Notes under the pieces: model-generated | Told to the model about the DNA's origin: nothing | Databases searched by the model: none | Seen by the model: the letters and a program-made list of their open reading frames with translations, nothing else | Origin: a virus | Lineage: Duplodnaviria > Caudoviricetes | Reading direction: 5' to 3' (one strand) | IMG/VR virus record: IMGVR_UViG_3300042465_005116 | Location: 96,001-160,000 of that record | DNA: 64,000 nt | Program-made: the position numbers and the translations under genes | Shown here: one piece after another, positions 10,269 through 20,376 of the stretch | Layout of the letters: each line of letters begins with the position of its first letter | Numbering within the stretch: position 1 is the first letter of the stretch

Positions 10269-11654
10269 TTATTTCCTAAGATTTTCTAAACGAAGAATTT
10301 CATCTTTAATTTTCTGATTGTATGGATTCCATTTTATGTTATCCAATAACCATTTACGATAGTAGGGTGGAATGGATGCTACTGGTTTGTTTGCATACTT
10401 ACCAAACGTCATATAAATCTTTTGTATCTCCCCCTCTTCGTTTCGTTGTTCTGATAAATTGATACCACCCTCTAAGTGGATTCCAATTTCATGCATTGGG
10501 ATACCTGTAAGTTTCTTTTTATTTTCACCATACAATTCCCATATACCATCCTCATCTTCTTTATAGTAAAGAGATTCTACCTTACCGAACTTATCAACTG
10601 CTCCAACAAAATCCACAACTAAACAATTTTGTTTATTATCGTGAATACGAGTTCCTCTCCCCACAAACTGATACCACCACGAAATTGATGCAGTAGGTCG
10701 ACCTGTGATTAAACAATCTAATTCTGGATAATCAAATCCAACGGTCAATACATTTACTTGAACGATAACTCTAATTTTTTGATTACGAAATTCTTCAATG
10801 ATTCGATTACGTTCTCCGGTTGGAGTTTCTCCATGTACTACTGCGGCAGATGGAATTTTTCCTGCTAATTGGGTTGCTTGTTCAATGGTTGGTACTGCAA
10901 TTAATATTGATTTTCTATCTTGTAGTTCTCTAACTTTCTTTACAATTTTATCTTGTAAATTTTGATTCTCATATGCACGTGCAATGGAATCATTTGTATA
11001 TTCAGCACCAGATGAATTATATACTAATGCTCCGGTATCGAAATCATACGATTGATATTCTAATGGAGTCCAAAATCCCATCTTTACAATTTCTTCAATT
11101 TGAGAAACGTGAATGATGTGTTTAAAAAATGTTCCATGTTTAGAACGATTGGTTAACATTACTAATTTAGAATATGGGCCAGTCTCTCCCATATTAGTTT
11201 GTAGTTTAAGTGGAGTTGCAGTTAAACCCAATACATGAGTTGCCTTCATTCCATCTATAAATTTTCTTAGTTGGCCATTCTTATCTCTTGGATATCTATC
11301 ACACTCATCTATGATAACTTTGGTAATTCCTAATTCTCTGAACTTCCAAGCAATGTTTATGATAGAACCGATTGTTGCATAAGTAATATCACCAATCTCC
11401 TTCTCACCCATTGATGCAGAATAGATTGATGCCTTACCACCTAAGTTAATAAGTTTATTGTAGTTTTGTTCTAATAATTCTTTTGAAGGTTGGATTACTA
11501 ATACCTTTTCATTAATACCCTTTGCGATATAGGCAATAACAATCGACTTACCGAATGCAGTGGGTGCAACGATAATTGATGGTGCCATTTTTGGTGTATT
11601 AAAAAACTCAATACCAATAGCAACTGGTTCTAACTGATAATCTCTTAATTTCAT
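10269..11654 (-). CDS. SF2 helicase (UvsW/RadD-like) with short C-terminal FGKY domain
   Basis: LRDYQ, APTAFGKS, DECD, LGLTATP, LTVGFDYP, QFVGRGTR, MTFGKY...Y..WLL. Confidence 0.9.
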   Translation of the reverse strand: MKLRDYQLEPVAIGIEFFNTPKMAPSIIVAPTAFGKSIVIAYIAKGINEKVLVIQPSKELLEQNYNKLINLGGKASIYSASMGEKEIGDITYATIGSIINIAWKFRELGITKVIIDECDRYPRDKNGQLRKFIDGMKATHVLGLTATPLKLQTNMGETGPYSKLVMLTNRSKHGTFFKHIIHVSQIEEIVKMGFWTPLEYQSYDFDTGALVYNSSGAEYTNDSIARAYENQNLQDKIVKKVRELQDRKSILIAVPTIEQATQLAGKIPSAAVVHGETPTGERNRIIEEFRNQKIRVIVQVNVLTVGFDYPELDCLITGRPTASISWWYQFVGRGTRIHDNKQNCLVVDFVGAVDKFGKVESLYYKEDEDGIWELYGENKKKLTGIPMHEIGIHLEGGINLSEQRNEEGEIQKIYMTFGKYANKPVASIPPYYRKWLLDNIKWNPYNQKIKDEILRLENLRK

Positions 11655-11774
11655 CTAAAAAAATAATTCAGTCAAAATTATACCCAATAGAGTAAGGATT
11701 CCTCCAACTACTGCTATTGATGTGAAATTTTCTGAATCTTCAACCTGTTGTTTTGTTTTTCCTTGATTTTCCAT
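11655..11774 (-). CDS. 39-aa membrane peptide
   Basis: MENQGKTKQQVEDSENFTSIAVVGGILTLLGIILTELFF*, abuts both neighbours. Confidence 0.5.
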   Translation of the reverse strand: MENQGKTKQQVEDSENFTSIAVVGGILTLLGIILTELFF

Positions 11775-11775
11775 A

Positions 11776-12669
11776 TTATTTTATAAAAGGTAATATTGCT
11801 AATTCTTTTGCTTTGGCCTCAACCATAATATCTACATTGTTACCATATGTGTTAGGTAATGAATTGATATAAAGTGAATGGGCTTGTGGTTTTTCTTTTG
11901 GATTATTTTCGTGTAATGCTTTTGATTCCGAATAGTGAACTACTGGCGTAATATCCTTTGGCCAAGTTGTGATTGCTAACTCTAACGCTTGTTGTTCTGA
12001 TAAATCACCAGTACAAAATTGGTGGTGGTGATAATCAAAAACAATAGGAATACCGATTGCATTATGGACATACATAAGGTCTTTAACCGAATACATAGAT
12101 GCCTTGTCATCATTCTCAATTGTTAACCGCTTACGAACCGATGGGGAGAGTCTTTTGAAGTTAGTGATAAATCTATCTAATGCGGATTTTTTATCTCCGT
12201 AAACACCATTACAATGAATATTAATTTTATTGTAAGGAGTTTTAGATAATCCCATCATATCGAATATTTTACCATGCAATTCTAAATCAGCAAGTGTTTT
12301 TAATACAACTGATTCGTTAGGTGAAACTAATACGTTGAATGGGCCGGGATGTGATGTAATACGCATATTATGGAATTTAGCAAACAAACCGGCTTTTTTT
12401 AATTCCCATTTAATCTCTTTGTAATCTTTGAGTTGTGTAATATCGATATGGTCACCCCACGGGATAAGAGCAGATGATAAACGAAATAATTTAATTCCGT
12501 TCATTCTATTCCATTCTAAAATCTTAATAATATCTTTGGAGTTAAGTAGAGCTAGTTCGGAAACATAATCCATACCTTTGGCTTGGAATGTCCGGTTAAC
12601 CATACTTCGGTTAGTGGTTACTTTCTTACCCATACTCATATTAATACAAGCATATCCTAAATTCATCAT
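11776..12669 (-). CDS. uvsE: UV-damage endonuclease
   Basis: LGYACIN, FRLSS, HPGPF, IENDD, VFDYHHH, HYSES, MVEAKAKE. Confidence 0.93.
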   Translation of the reverse strand: MMNLGYACINMSMGKKVTTNRSMVNRTFQAKGMDYVSELALLNSKDIIKILEWNRMNGIKLFRLSSALIPWGDHIDITQLKDYKEIKWELKKAGLFAKFHNMRITSHPGPFNVLVSPNESVVLKTLADLELHGKIFDMMGLSKTPYNKINIHCNGVYGDKKSALDRFITNFKRLSPSVRKRLTIENDDKASMYSVKDLMYVHNAIGIPIVFDYHHHQFCTGDLSEQQALELAITTWPKDITPVVHYSESKALHENNPKEKPQAHSLYINSLPNTYGNNVDIMVEAKAKELAILPFIK

Positions 12670-12734
12670 TCTAATACAATTTGTTGTTATACAAATATAC
12701 GAAATATATCTGATAATACCAAATATTAATGGGG

Positions 12735-13388
12735 TTATTTTATATCTAAAAAATCGTATATGTGATTAGCCAATATTATATTAGAATTATTACCAATATG
12801 ATTATCATTCCATACGCCATTGGTTTCATCATTTAAGCTAGGTAAGTTTAAAGGAGTTACAAAATTTTTACCATTTATTTTTATATTTCTAGCATCATCA
12901 ATTATCTTTATAATAAAGGGGGGTGTCCAATATAATGCATAGCATTTTATACCATAGTTTTCTAAAAAATTAAATAGAGAATAAACTTTTTTCATTTCAT
13001 ACCAACTTCTACGTTCTTCAAATTTTTCAAAATAAGTTAAAATTGCAACACGGTCTTCTAATGGGATATCAATAGTATCTAATACATCATGGGTATGTAC
13101 AGCTAAATCTTTCCAACCCACATTATTTTCATCAAACCTTAAATACGCATTTTGAAAAAATTGAAATTGAAAAATAACTATCTTACCATTATTAATAATG
13201 GATTGTAAATTATCAATAAAAATTTGAATATTGTTTACAAGATTACTACCCGGTATACCTAAATTTGTATACTCTGAATTTAATAGGTTAGATAAATAAT
13301 GAGGATATGGGTTATACTCATATTTTTCTTTGATTGGATTTGAATGTGATATTCCGGCGGTGTGAGAATCACCTATATAATAAATCAT
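12735..13388 (-). CDS. SGNH-like hydrolase/acyltransferase
   Basis: IGDSHTAG, LGIPGSN, C-terminal DNH. Confidence 0.6.
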   Translation of the reverse strand: MIYYIGDSHTAGISHSNPIKEKYEYNPYPHYLSNLLNSEYTNLGIPGSNLVNNIQIFIDNLQSIINNGKIVIFQFQFFQNAYLRFDENNVGWKDLAVHTHDVLDTIDIPLEDRVAILTYFEKFEERRSWYEMKKVYSLFNFLENYGIKCYALYWTPPFIIKIIDDARNIKINGKNFVTPLNLPSLNDETNGVWNDNHIGNNSNIILANHIYDFLDIK

Positions 13389-13399
13389 TAAGTTAAAAA

Positions 13400-13798
13400 T
13401 TATCTATTGTATAATTTATTTATTATATGAGTTGAACTAAAGCCTTCCATCTTAGGGAAATATACGATTTCACCTACATATTCACTCCCTACAATTCGTT
13501 TACCCCTATATTCTTCTCCAATAACCATAATGGCCGGTCTCATTGTTTTAATGTGGGTTTCCAATTGTTCATCCGAATCAAATATTACAACTCTATCAAC
13601 ATATTTGATAGCTTCTAATAAGGTGATTCTACTTACAATATTATTTATAGGTCGTTGTTCTCCTTTTAATTCGGTAACCCTCTTGTCACCATCAACTCCA
13701 ACAATTAGGAAATCCCCTAACTCTGCTGCCCTCTTTAATAATTGAATGTGTCCTAAATGAACAATATCAAATGTACCATTTACCCAAACTTTTATCAT
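13400..13798 (-). CDS. cytidylyl/adenylyltransferase (HldE/RfaE domain II-like)
   Basis: NGTFDIVHLGH, KGEQRPIN, FSSTHII. Confidence 0.88.
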   Translation of the reverse strand: MIKVWVNGTFDIVHLGHIQLLKRAAELGDFLIVGVDGDKRVTELKGEQRPINNIVSRITLLEAIKYVDRVVIFDSDEQLETHIKTMRPAIMVIGEEYRGKRIVGSEYVGEIVYFPKMEGFSSTHIINKLYNR

Positions 13799-14169
13799 AA
13801 CAAATCATTTGGCGTTTTTCTATAAATTCTGTATGAATCCGAATCAAAATGTTCAGTACTTACCTCATATACAACTCCCCTTTCTTGTAAAGAAGTAAGT
13901 TGGTGTGGTGTACCTTTTTCAATATAAACTGAATCGCCTTCGTTTAAGATTTCTTTTTTTATTATACCGATTTTAGTATCAATCCATTTGAACTCAAATT
14001 GTCCATCTTGAATATACCACGATTCGTTTTTAAGCATATGGTAATGCATTGAAAACTTATCACCCTTTTCTGCGAAAACTAAAAGTTTACCACAATATTG
14101 TGCATCGTTATGAACCCATAGTTCATATCCCCACGACTTTTGTACTTTTGTTGGTCTTGTTATTATCAT
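13795..14169 (-). CDS. cupin (sugar isomerase-like)
   Basis: KSWGYE, FSMHYH..K.ESW, PHQL, EVSTEHFDSDSYR; likely start MIITRP at 14169. Confidence 0.75.
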   Translation of the reverse strand: MIITRPTKVQKSWGYELWVHNDAQYCGKLLVFAEKGDKFSMHYHMLKNESWYIQDGQFEFKWIDTKIGIIKKEILNEGDSVYIEKGTPHQLTSLQERGVVYEVSTEHFDSDSYRIYRKTPNDLL

Positions 14170-14489
14170 ACTGCGAAAGATTCTCCACACCCACATGTAC
14201 GGGATGCATTTGGGTTTATAAATTCAAATCCCTTACCATTCAATCCATCTGAGAAATTTAATTCTGTTCCGTAAAGATATAATAATGATTTGTTGTCTAC
14301 TAAAATTTTTACTCCTTTATCTTCTGCAAGATTATCTCCTGCACGTTGGTCGGTATCAAATGAAAGGTCGTATGACAATCCACTACATCCACCACCTTTA
14401 ATTGAAACTCTAACAAACGGAGTTTTAAATCCACTTTCTTCAATGAGTGAACTTAATTTTTTAGCTGCGGTTTCTGATACTGTTACCAT
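14166..14489 (-). CDS. iscA: Fe-S cluster assembly A-type carrier
   Basis: GGGCSGLSY and NPNA..TCGCGESF. Confidence 0.95.
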   Translation of the reverse strand: MVTVSETAAKKLSSLIEESGFKTPFVRVSIKGGGCSGLSYDLSFDTDQRAGDNLAEDKGVKILVDNKSLLYLYGTELNFSDGLNGKGFEFINPNASRTCGCGESFAV

Positions 14490-14491
14490 TG

Positions 14492-15694
14492 TTAATAAGT
14501 TTTAGTTTCAAAATCAGTCGGATATTGAGATGGTTTTATATATCTAATCCAATAATTAACTGCGTTTTGGTCATTTATCCATTTTGCTTTATCACTCCAA
14601 TCAAATCCAGATAATGCGTAATAGGGTTTATAATCTCTAATTATCTGAGCTCTATTTGGATGTGCGGTTACTTCATTTATTAATCCATCACCATCAGTAT
14701 CATAACCATCAATAGAACCATCTCTATCATAATCAATCGGTCTGACTGTATAATCAGGTTTGAGGTTTAATAAATCTTCATCCGGTTCATCTATTAATGG
14801 ATTTTCAAATGGTGGCTCGTATAATCCTGTTTGTTGATTAGTTTCCACCATATCACCTAAAATATCTTCCTTTGTAGAATTTTTTCCACTATCTTTGTAT
14901 ATTTGATAATTTTTTTCCATTAAGGGTTCTTTTTCACCATACATATTTTTCTTACCAATCAATCCATTGAATGCAATGATAAGTGCAACTGCAAGTGGGT
15001 CAAACACAAATACTATAATGAATATAAAAAATTTAACAACGGAGTTAAGTGGTACGTTAAAAGCTTCTGCCACAAAACGAAACCCACCAACTTCTTTTTC
15101 TAATTCGATATTGTTATTTTTAATAACATTTATAGAATCTAACGCTGCATTATTTTTTATAGTTAATTCATCAATTCGTTTTGATATAGAAGTAATTTCC
15201 TTATCTGCAGAACGAATCATCTGAGATACTCTAGATGTAGATTTATCCTTATCAATTTGTTTAGATAAGTTACTCTCTTGTGAATTACGAATATTTTGTT
15301 GGTTAGTTAGTTGAGTAGTGTATCTTACTATCTCCCCATCATTCTTAGTGATTTGAGTTTGATACACTGCAATATCTCTATCTATCTTTTGTAATCCTAA
15401 ATTTTGTTGTTGGAACGCATTAGAAAGATATCCAAAAATACCGGCAGAGGTAATCAACATAAGTATACCTACGGCACTTGTTAGATACCATTTATTAAAC
15501 CCACCAATATCTTCCCACTTTTGTTTTAGATAAGTAGCGGCAACTAATTTAGCAAATTCTAACGAACTCGCCATTACCATTACTGCCGTTGATGCTCCGG
15601 CGAATAAAACACCCAATCCCGTTACTGAAAAGTACGCAGCACATCCGGCAACGATTACCGCTGATAATCCGACTAAATACTTTAACCAATTCAT
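14492..15694 (-). CDS. membrane coiled-coil protein with DxDxDG motifs
   Basis: N-terminal TMs, coiled coil, VFDPLAVAL TM, DYDRDGSIDGYDTDGDG. Confidence 0.7.
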   Translation of the reverse strand: MNWLKYLVGLSAVIVAGCAAYFSVTGLGVLFAGASTAVMVMASSLEFAKLVAATYLKQKWEDIGGFNKWYLTSAVGILMLITSAGIFGYLSNAFQQQNLGLQKIDRDIAVYQTQITKNDGEIVRYTTQLTNQQNIRNSQESNLSKQIDKDKSTSRVSQMIRSADKEITSISKRIDELTIKNNAALDSINVIKNNNIELEKEVGGFRFVAEAFNVPLNSVVKFFIFIIVFVFDPLAVALIIAFNGLIGKKNMYGEKEPLMEKNYQIYKDSGKNSTKEDILGDMVETNQQTGLYEPPFENPLIDEPDEDLLNLKPDYTVRPIDYDRDGSIDGYDTDGDGLINEVTAHPNRAQIIRDYKPYYALSGFDWSDKAKWINDQNAVNYWIRYIKPSQYPTDFETKTY

Positions 15695-15695
15695 T

Positions 15696-15875
15696 TTACG
15701 ATAAATCTACGATGTTTGTTGTTAGTTCTACTAATTTTTCAATTTCATTTGATAACTTAACAGCTTCTGCTTGATTAGCAGGGCGTTCACCCTTTAACAT
15801 TTCTGCGATAACTTTAGCTCTTTTAGTAATTGCTTCTAAATTTTCCTGAGCTCTCATTTTGTATTCTGGTTTCAT
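15696..15875 (-). CDS. 59-aa helical protein
   Basis: MKPEYKMRAQENLEAIT...; downstream of a TATTTATA motif; not in ORF track. Confidence 0.6.
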   Translation of the reverse strand: MKPEYKMRAQENLEAITKRAKVIAEMLKGERPANQAEAVKLSNEIEKLVELTTNIVDLS

Positions 15876-15948
15876 AATTTGTATTTAAATGTACATCTAT
15901 AAATATGTCGGATATAAAAAAGAGGTAATTTTATATATTTATATATTG

Positions 15949-16605
15949 TTAAATAAGTTTTGATTTAGTAATCAATTCTGAATAAGGTTTCCAATTATCT
16001 CCTTTTCTAATTATTGAATAGGGTTTCCAATTCACTCCCATTTGAATATATTGTAACTCTGCATTACATCTATTTGTAATATCAACATTACTTATGTCTA
16101 TTGTTTTAGCGTATTGTCCAGTCATCCACCAAAAATTACCAGAGTACATTATATTTGTAGGGTTACTTGCTACTTCTAATAAAAAACCATATGTGTTAAA
16201 AACTTCATTATCCAAAATTCCAAATACGTTATCAATATATTGAATATTATGTAATTGCATTACATTTCTCCATCGGATAGATTCAGAATCGGTTTGTTTA
16301 GATGCCCCCTTTGTGTGTAGATAAAAAATATAATCATTATTATTAAATGATGATTTATCTCTTTCTATTAAATTTAAAGTTACAAACTCATTATTCATTA
16401 ATTTAGTATCACCAATTATAATTTTTGAATCATACTCATACATTAATTTGATTATATCGTCTACTGAATTATTATTTTCTGATATTGAGATGCCAATAGT
16501 TAATGAGTATGGTTGATTAATATATTTTTTTATTAATGCAAGTTGTTCATGTATTATAGATTCAACCCCCTCTATTGCATAGATGTGATAATATATCCGT
16601 ATCAT
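15949..16605 (-). CDS. glycosyltransferase-like protein
   Basis: IYYHIY, YIFYLHTKG, YSGNFWW pattern; family assignment tentative. Confidence 0.45.
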   Translation of the reverse strand: MIRIYYHIYAIEGVESIIHEQLALIKKYINQPYSLTIGISISENNNSVDDIIKLMYEYDSKIIIGDTKLMNNEFVTLNLIERDKSSFNNNDYIFYLHTKGASKQTDSESIRWRNVMQLHNIQYIDNVFGILDNEVFNTYGFLLEVASNPTNIMYSGNFWWMTGQYAKTIDISNVDITNRCNAELQYIQMGVNWKPYSIIRKGDNWKPYSELITKSKLI

Positions 16606-17648
16606 ATTAAATTCGTATGGGTAGTATCAATAAATTCGTATAGGTTATGAAATAGATTTGTATTTCTACCTATCTTATTAAATTCTTTTTTAAATAATTC
16701 ATGTTCTGGGTGATTAGAATCCCAAACTTGTTTTAATTTAAATTCCGCTTCAGAAAATGTTCCCCAATTAGTTATTTTACCAAAAAAAACATTTACCTTT
16801 TTGCCAAAAATAGAATACATTATATTATAAAAGGTTTCCATTTCCATATAGTTACTATCTTGAACAACAAACGAAGTCTTTACCGATTTTAATGTTTTTA
16901 TTGTAGAAATAAAATTTAAATTATTTATTAAAGTATCCCATTTACCACCTAATCTGGTTTTATTTTCATAGGTGTCACGTGTTCCGGCATCTATTGATAT
17001 CTCACAAGATGTTACATACTTATGCACATTTGGCATACTATCCCACATTTCTTTTGTCCACATTGATGCGTTTGTGTGGAAATGTATTCTTGTTAATTTT
17101 GGATATTTTTTTGGATTAAAATTTCTTAAATAATTTCTAAAACTAACCGAAACAAATGGGTCGCCTGTCCCCGTGATGTACAAAGTTTTAACGTTTGCTG
17201 AATAGTAGGTATCAATTTCATCTATTGTTTTTTCTATTCGTTCTATTCCTTTACTGCTTTCAACAATTAAATCTACTCTGCACGATGGACATTTATAATT
17301 ACAAGTCCTATCAAAATTCATTATAACATTAGTCGGTGTATTTGGTTCAACGATTGGAGTTGTATACTTTGAATTTGATTTTAAAGTAATTGGACCAGAT
17401 ACTACACTATCTGATAATAATTTACTTAAATATGGACATAATTCTTTGTTACAATATTTAAATGAACCATCTAATATAGAATTTCTAATATCAATGATTG
17501 GTTCACTATTATATACATCTTTTAAAGGATACTCACTAAGTTCTATTTTATTTGGCAACCAGGATGGACAACAAACAAACCCAACATTATTATGTATTTC
17601 TAAAGTAGTAAATGGAGTACTACAGGTGTATTGTTTTAAATCTATCAT
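16602..17648 (-). CDS. radical SAM protein with N-terminal SPASM/twitch-like domain
   Basis: C..PF...CC...YC....CP, then CNYKCPSC, TGTGDPF, ISIDAG. Confidence 0.88.
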   Translation of the reverse strand: MIDLKQYTCSTPFTTLEIHNNVGFVCCPSWLPNKIELSEYPLKDVYNSEPIIDIRNSILDGSFKYCNKELCPYLSKLLSDSVVSGPITLKSNSKYTTPIVEPNTPTNVIMNFDRTCNYKCPSCRVDLIVESSKGIERIEKTIDEIDTYYSANVKTLYITGTGDPFVSVSFRNYLRNFNPKKYPKLTRIHFHTNASMWTKEMWDSMPNVHKYVTSCEISIDAGTRDTYENKTRLGGKWDTLINNLNFISTIKTLKSVKTSFVVQDSNYMEMETFYNIMYSIFGKKVNVFFGKITNWGTFSEAEFKLKQVWDSNHPEHELFKKEFNKIGRNTNLFHNLYEFIDTTHTNLI

Positions 17649-18139
17649 AATAATTTTTCGATATTACTTCTACTTCCCTTGCGTAATCTATCTGAATGGG
17701 TTCTATCATATATATCTTCGTAATAAGTAATTGGTATATTAAGTTTAAATGCCAATTCGTTCAAATCATTATTCCATTTTAAAATATCATTATAACATAA
17801 TTCAAATATATCAGACGGAACTTCTTCGTAGTAATATGGATTATTTGAATTATAGTTTTTTGTTTTTGAAAAATAAGTTTGGTATGCATGAGATTCTGCA
17901 CATTCTAATATATTTTTTCTAGATAATAATATTACTCTATCGAACTCCTTACTTAATTGAAAATTGTTTGGATGATGACATATTATTGTTTTGAGGATTA
18001 CATTCTTTTCACCATTATATTGAACTCTACCACTTCCATCAAATGGTTCAAATAACGGAGTTAATCCATTTTCTTTTGCTAATTTATGTAACAAAGAAGT
18101 CGAACCGGTTCTGGGTAATGCAATTATTAATATACTCAT
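17645..18139 (-). CDS. sulfotransferase-like P-loop protein
   Basis: IALPRTGSTSL (PAPS 5'-PSB-like), FEPF, LSRKN, TYYEDI. Confidence 0.65.
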   Translation of the reverse strand: MSILIIALPRTGSTSLLHKLAKENGLTPLFEPFDGSGRVQYNGEKNVILKTIICHHPNNFQLSKEFDRVILLSRKNILECAESHAYQTYFSKTKNYNSNNPYYYEEVPSDIFELCYNDILKWNNDLNELAFKLNIPITYYEDIYDRTHSDRLRKGSRSNIEKLL

Positions 18140-18654
18140 ATGATATTAAATTTTGCTTTCTTTTTAGAAAACCATATTATCAATACATCTCGTTCCCCAC
18201 TAATTATCTTTTTTACCTCGTGGGATTCACTACCGCCGTTAAACACAACATAATCTCCTTCATTTTTTAATGATACGTTTTTATCATTTATATACATTTC
18301 ACCACCTGTAAAATCAGATGATAATAGGATACTAATCGTCTTATGTGTTGTAAATCTATCTTTATGTTTTTTAGCATAACCATTTTCACCATATATCAAT
18401 CTATGCATTATATATAAGTTATCAATTGGTTCTTCAAATTTATTACAAATAAATTCATTTAAATTTTTATTTTCTAAAGTATATACCCAACTATTATTTG
18501 GAAAAAGAGAAACACCTTCATCTTTTTTAAGATGGGTTGCAAAATACAATTGAGGGTGGGATGCTTTTATGTATGCTAAGTCTTCCTCATTCATTATTCT
18601 AGTAGTACTTAATTCTGATTTTAAAAAAAGTAAATCTTCTGTTGATAATTTCAT
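18136..18654 (-). CDS. 2OG-Fe(II) oxygenase
   Basis: HKD, FTGGE, HEVKKI..GER. Confidence 0.8.
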   Translation of the reverse strand: MKLSTEDLLFLKSELSTTRIMNEEDLAYIKASHPQLYFATHLKKDEGVSLFPNNSWVYTLENKNLNEFICNKFEEPIDNLYIMHRLIYGENGYAKKHKDRFTTHKTISILLSSDFTGGEMYINDKNVSLKNEGDYVVFNGGSESHEVKKIISGERDVLIIWFSKKKAKFNII

Positions 18655-19283
18655 ATAAGTTTATTTTTTTTATTTTCAAATTCTACAACCAATTCGTCTA
18701 TATTTAAAAATTGGTGGAGTTTAAGATAAAAATCATAACAACCTTTTGAACCGGGATGCCAATCTATCGGGTCACCACCTTCATCTGCTATAGAAGTTAC
18801 TTTTATTAATTCTACAAACTCCTTTGTCTTTTCATAAAAATCATCGTTCCATGTTACAAAGATTGGTTCATATTTTTTATAAAAATATTTTAATTTTTTA
18901 ATAAATAATATTTCAGAATCCCTATCCCCATTATGCCAATGTTCAGTTTCTTTGACCCTTAGTTCTAATAGTTTTTTAGCAAACGATTTATCACTATACC
19001 ATTCCCAATTTAAATATTTTAAGTTGTGATTTGTATCTCTTTCCCCAAAATATCTTCGTGGGAATCTGCCGGGTGCGGTAAATACTATAACTAATCTATC
19101 GCCTTCTACATAATTTGGTATATTTCCAGTTTGATATAATATAGAATTATTGTCAGACCCAAATTTTCCCAATTTAATAACATTATAATGATTAGATAAA
19201 TAATCTGTCCAATGTATTTCTGGTAAATCCCAATCTACAAAACTATCACCACAAATGTATATGTTATTTTTTTTATTTGACAC
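18651..19283 (-). CDS. SGNH-like protein
   Basis: ICGDSF, LGKFGSDN, DWHP. Confidence 0.65.
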   Translation of the reverse strand: MSNKKNNIYICGDSFVDWDLPEIHWTDYLSNHYNVIKLGKFGSDNNSILYQTGNIPNYVEGDRLVIVFTAPGRFPRRYFGERDTNHNLKYLNWEWYSDKSFAKKLLELRVKETEHWHNGDRDSEILFIKKLKYFYKKYEPIFVTWNDDFYEKTKEFVELIKVTSIADEGGDPIDWHPGSKGCYDFYLKLHQFLNIDELVVEFENKKNKLI

Positions 19284-19813
19284 TATATAATAGTTTTATT
19301 TGTTGGGCTATTTCCTTTTCTTAATCGGCCGGGCCCATTTAAATCAAATATATCTTCGTAATATGTTATAGGTATATTAATACTTTTAGAAATAAATTCT
19401 AAATCAGTATGATACGAAAGAACTTGTTCATATCTCCATTGGTCATGTGGAGTAGTCTTCCAAAGATAATTTTCATAAAACATAAATTTTTTCATATCAT
19501 GATAATAATTTAAATAAGCCCAACTTTCTCCACACGCTTTTAAATCTTTTCTTGATAATAAAATAACTTCATCAAATTCTTTTGTTAAATTTATTAACCA
19601 CTCAATCCTATCTTCTTGTTTAATTTCATCCAAACTTTGAAAAACAAGTGTTTTAACTACAATATTATTTTCGTTAGAATTATATCTTTCAATACCAATG
19701 CTTAGTGGATTAAATGGTTCAAATAAATATTTTTTTATATTGTATTTTTTTCTCATCGTTTCCCCTAAACTCGTAGAACCTGTTCTCGGTAATGCAATTA
19801 TTAAAATTTTCAT
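19283..19813 (-). CDS. sulfotransferase-like P-loop protein (paralog of 17645-18139)
   Basis: IALPRTGSTSL, FEPF, LSRKD, TYYEDI. Confidence 0.65.
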   Translation of the reverse strand: MKILIIALPRTGSTSLGETMRKKYNIKKYLFEPFNPLSIGIERYNSNENNIVVKTLVFQSLDEIKQEDRIEWLINLTKEFDEVILLSRKDLKACGESWAYLNYYHDMKKFMFYENYLWKTTPHDQWRYEQVLSYHTDLEFISKSINIPITYYEDIFDLNGPGRLRKGNSPTNKTII

Positions 19814-20376
19814 AACAATGTTTTATTAGATTTTAATTTAGGATAATCAAAATCAGTTTCCGTCATCCAAATATTTAATGCGTAACGCGTACCACTTACA
19901 ACTGGTAGTACTCCATGATAAGTAGTCGAACCATTAAATGATATGGAATCTCCTAATTTCAAATCGGATAGTGTTAATCCATTTAATGTTTCAAAATGAT
20001 AAGGAGGATTCACATCTTCGGTTAAAGCAAATTGACCCCCTTCAAAATTATCAGAAAGAACAATTACTGTGGTTAATTCACTTGATTTATCCTTATGTAG
20101 ATTAAGATATCTACCATCATAATATGAAGTTAGACTGATATTAAAATTCTTTAAATTAAATGATAGGTAATCAAACCATAATTTAAAGTTTCCGTTTTTA
20201 TAATTATCGGTTAATAAATTAATTATTCTTTTTTTAAATTCTTCATCATACATTCTTCTACAATCCCAATGTTCGGTTGGACTATATGAAAAGGGTTCAC
20301 CAAATTTAAGACAAAAATCAATTATATCATTGGCAGTTTCTCTATTACAAAAATTATTATTTATGGTATAATTCAT
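19810..20376 (-). CDS. 2OG-Fe(II) oxygenase
   Basis: LHKD, FEGG, HGVLPV.SGTRY. Confidence 0.82.
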   Translation of the reverse strand: MNYTINNNFCNRETANDIIDFCLKFGEPFSYSPTEHWDCRRMYDEEFKKRIINLLTDNYKNGNFKLWFDYLSFNLKNFNISLTSYYDGRYLNLHKDKSSELTTVIVLSDNFEGGQFALTEDVNPPYHFETLNGLTLSDLKLGDSISFNGSTTYHGVLPVVSGTRYALNIWMTETDFDYPKLKSNKTLL

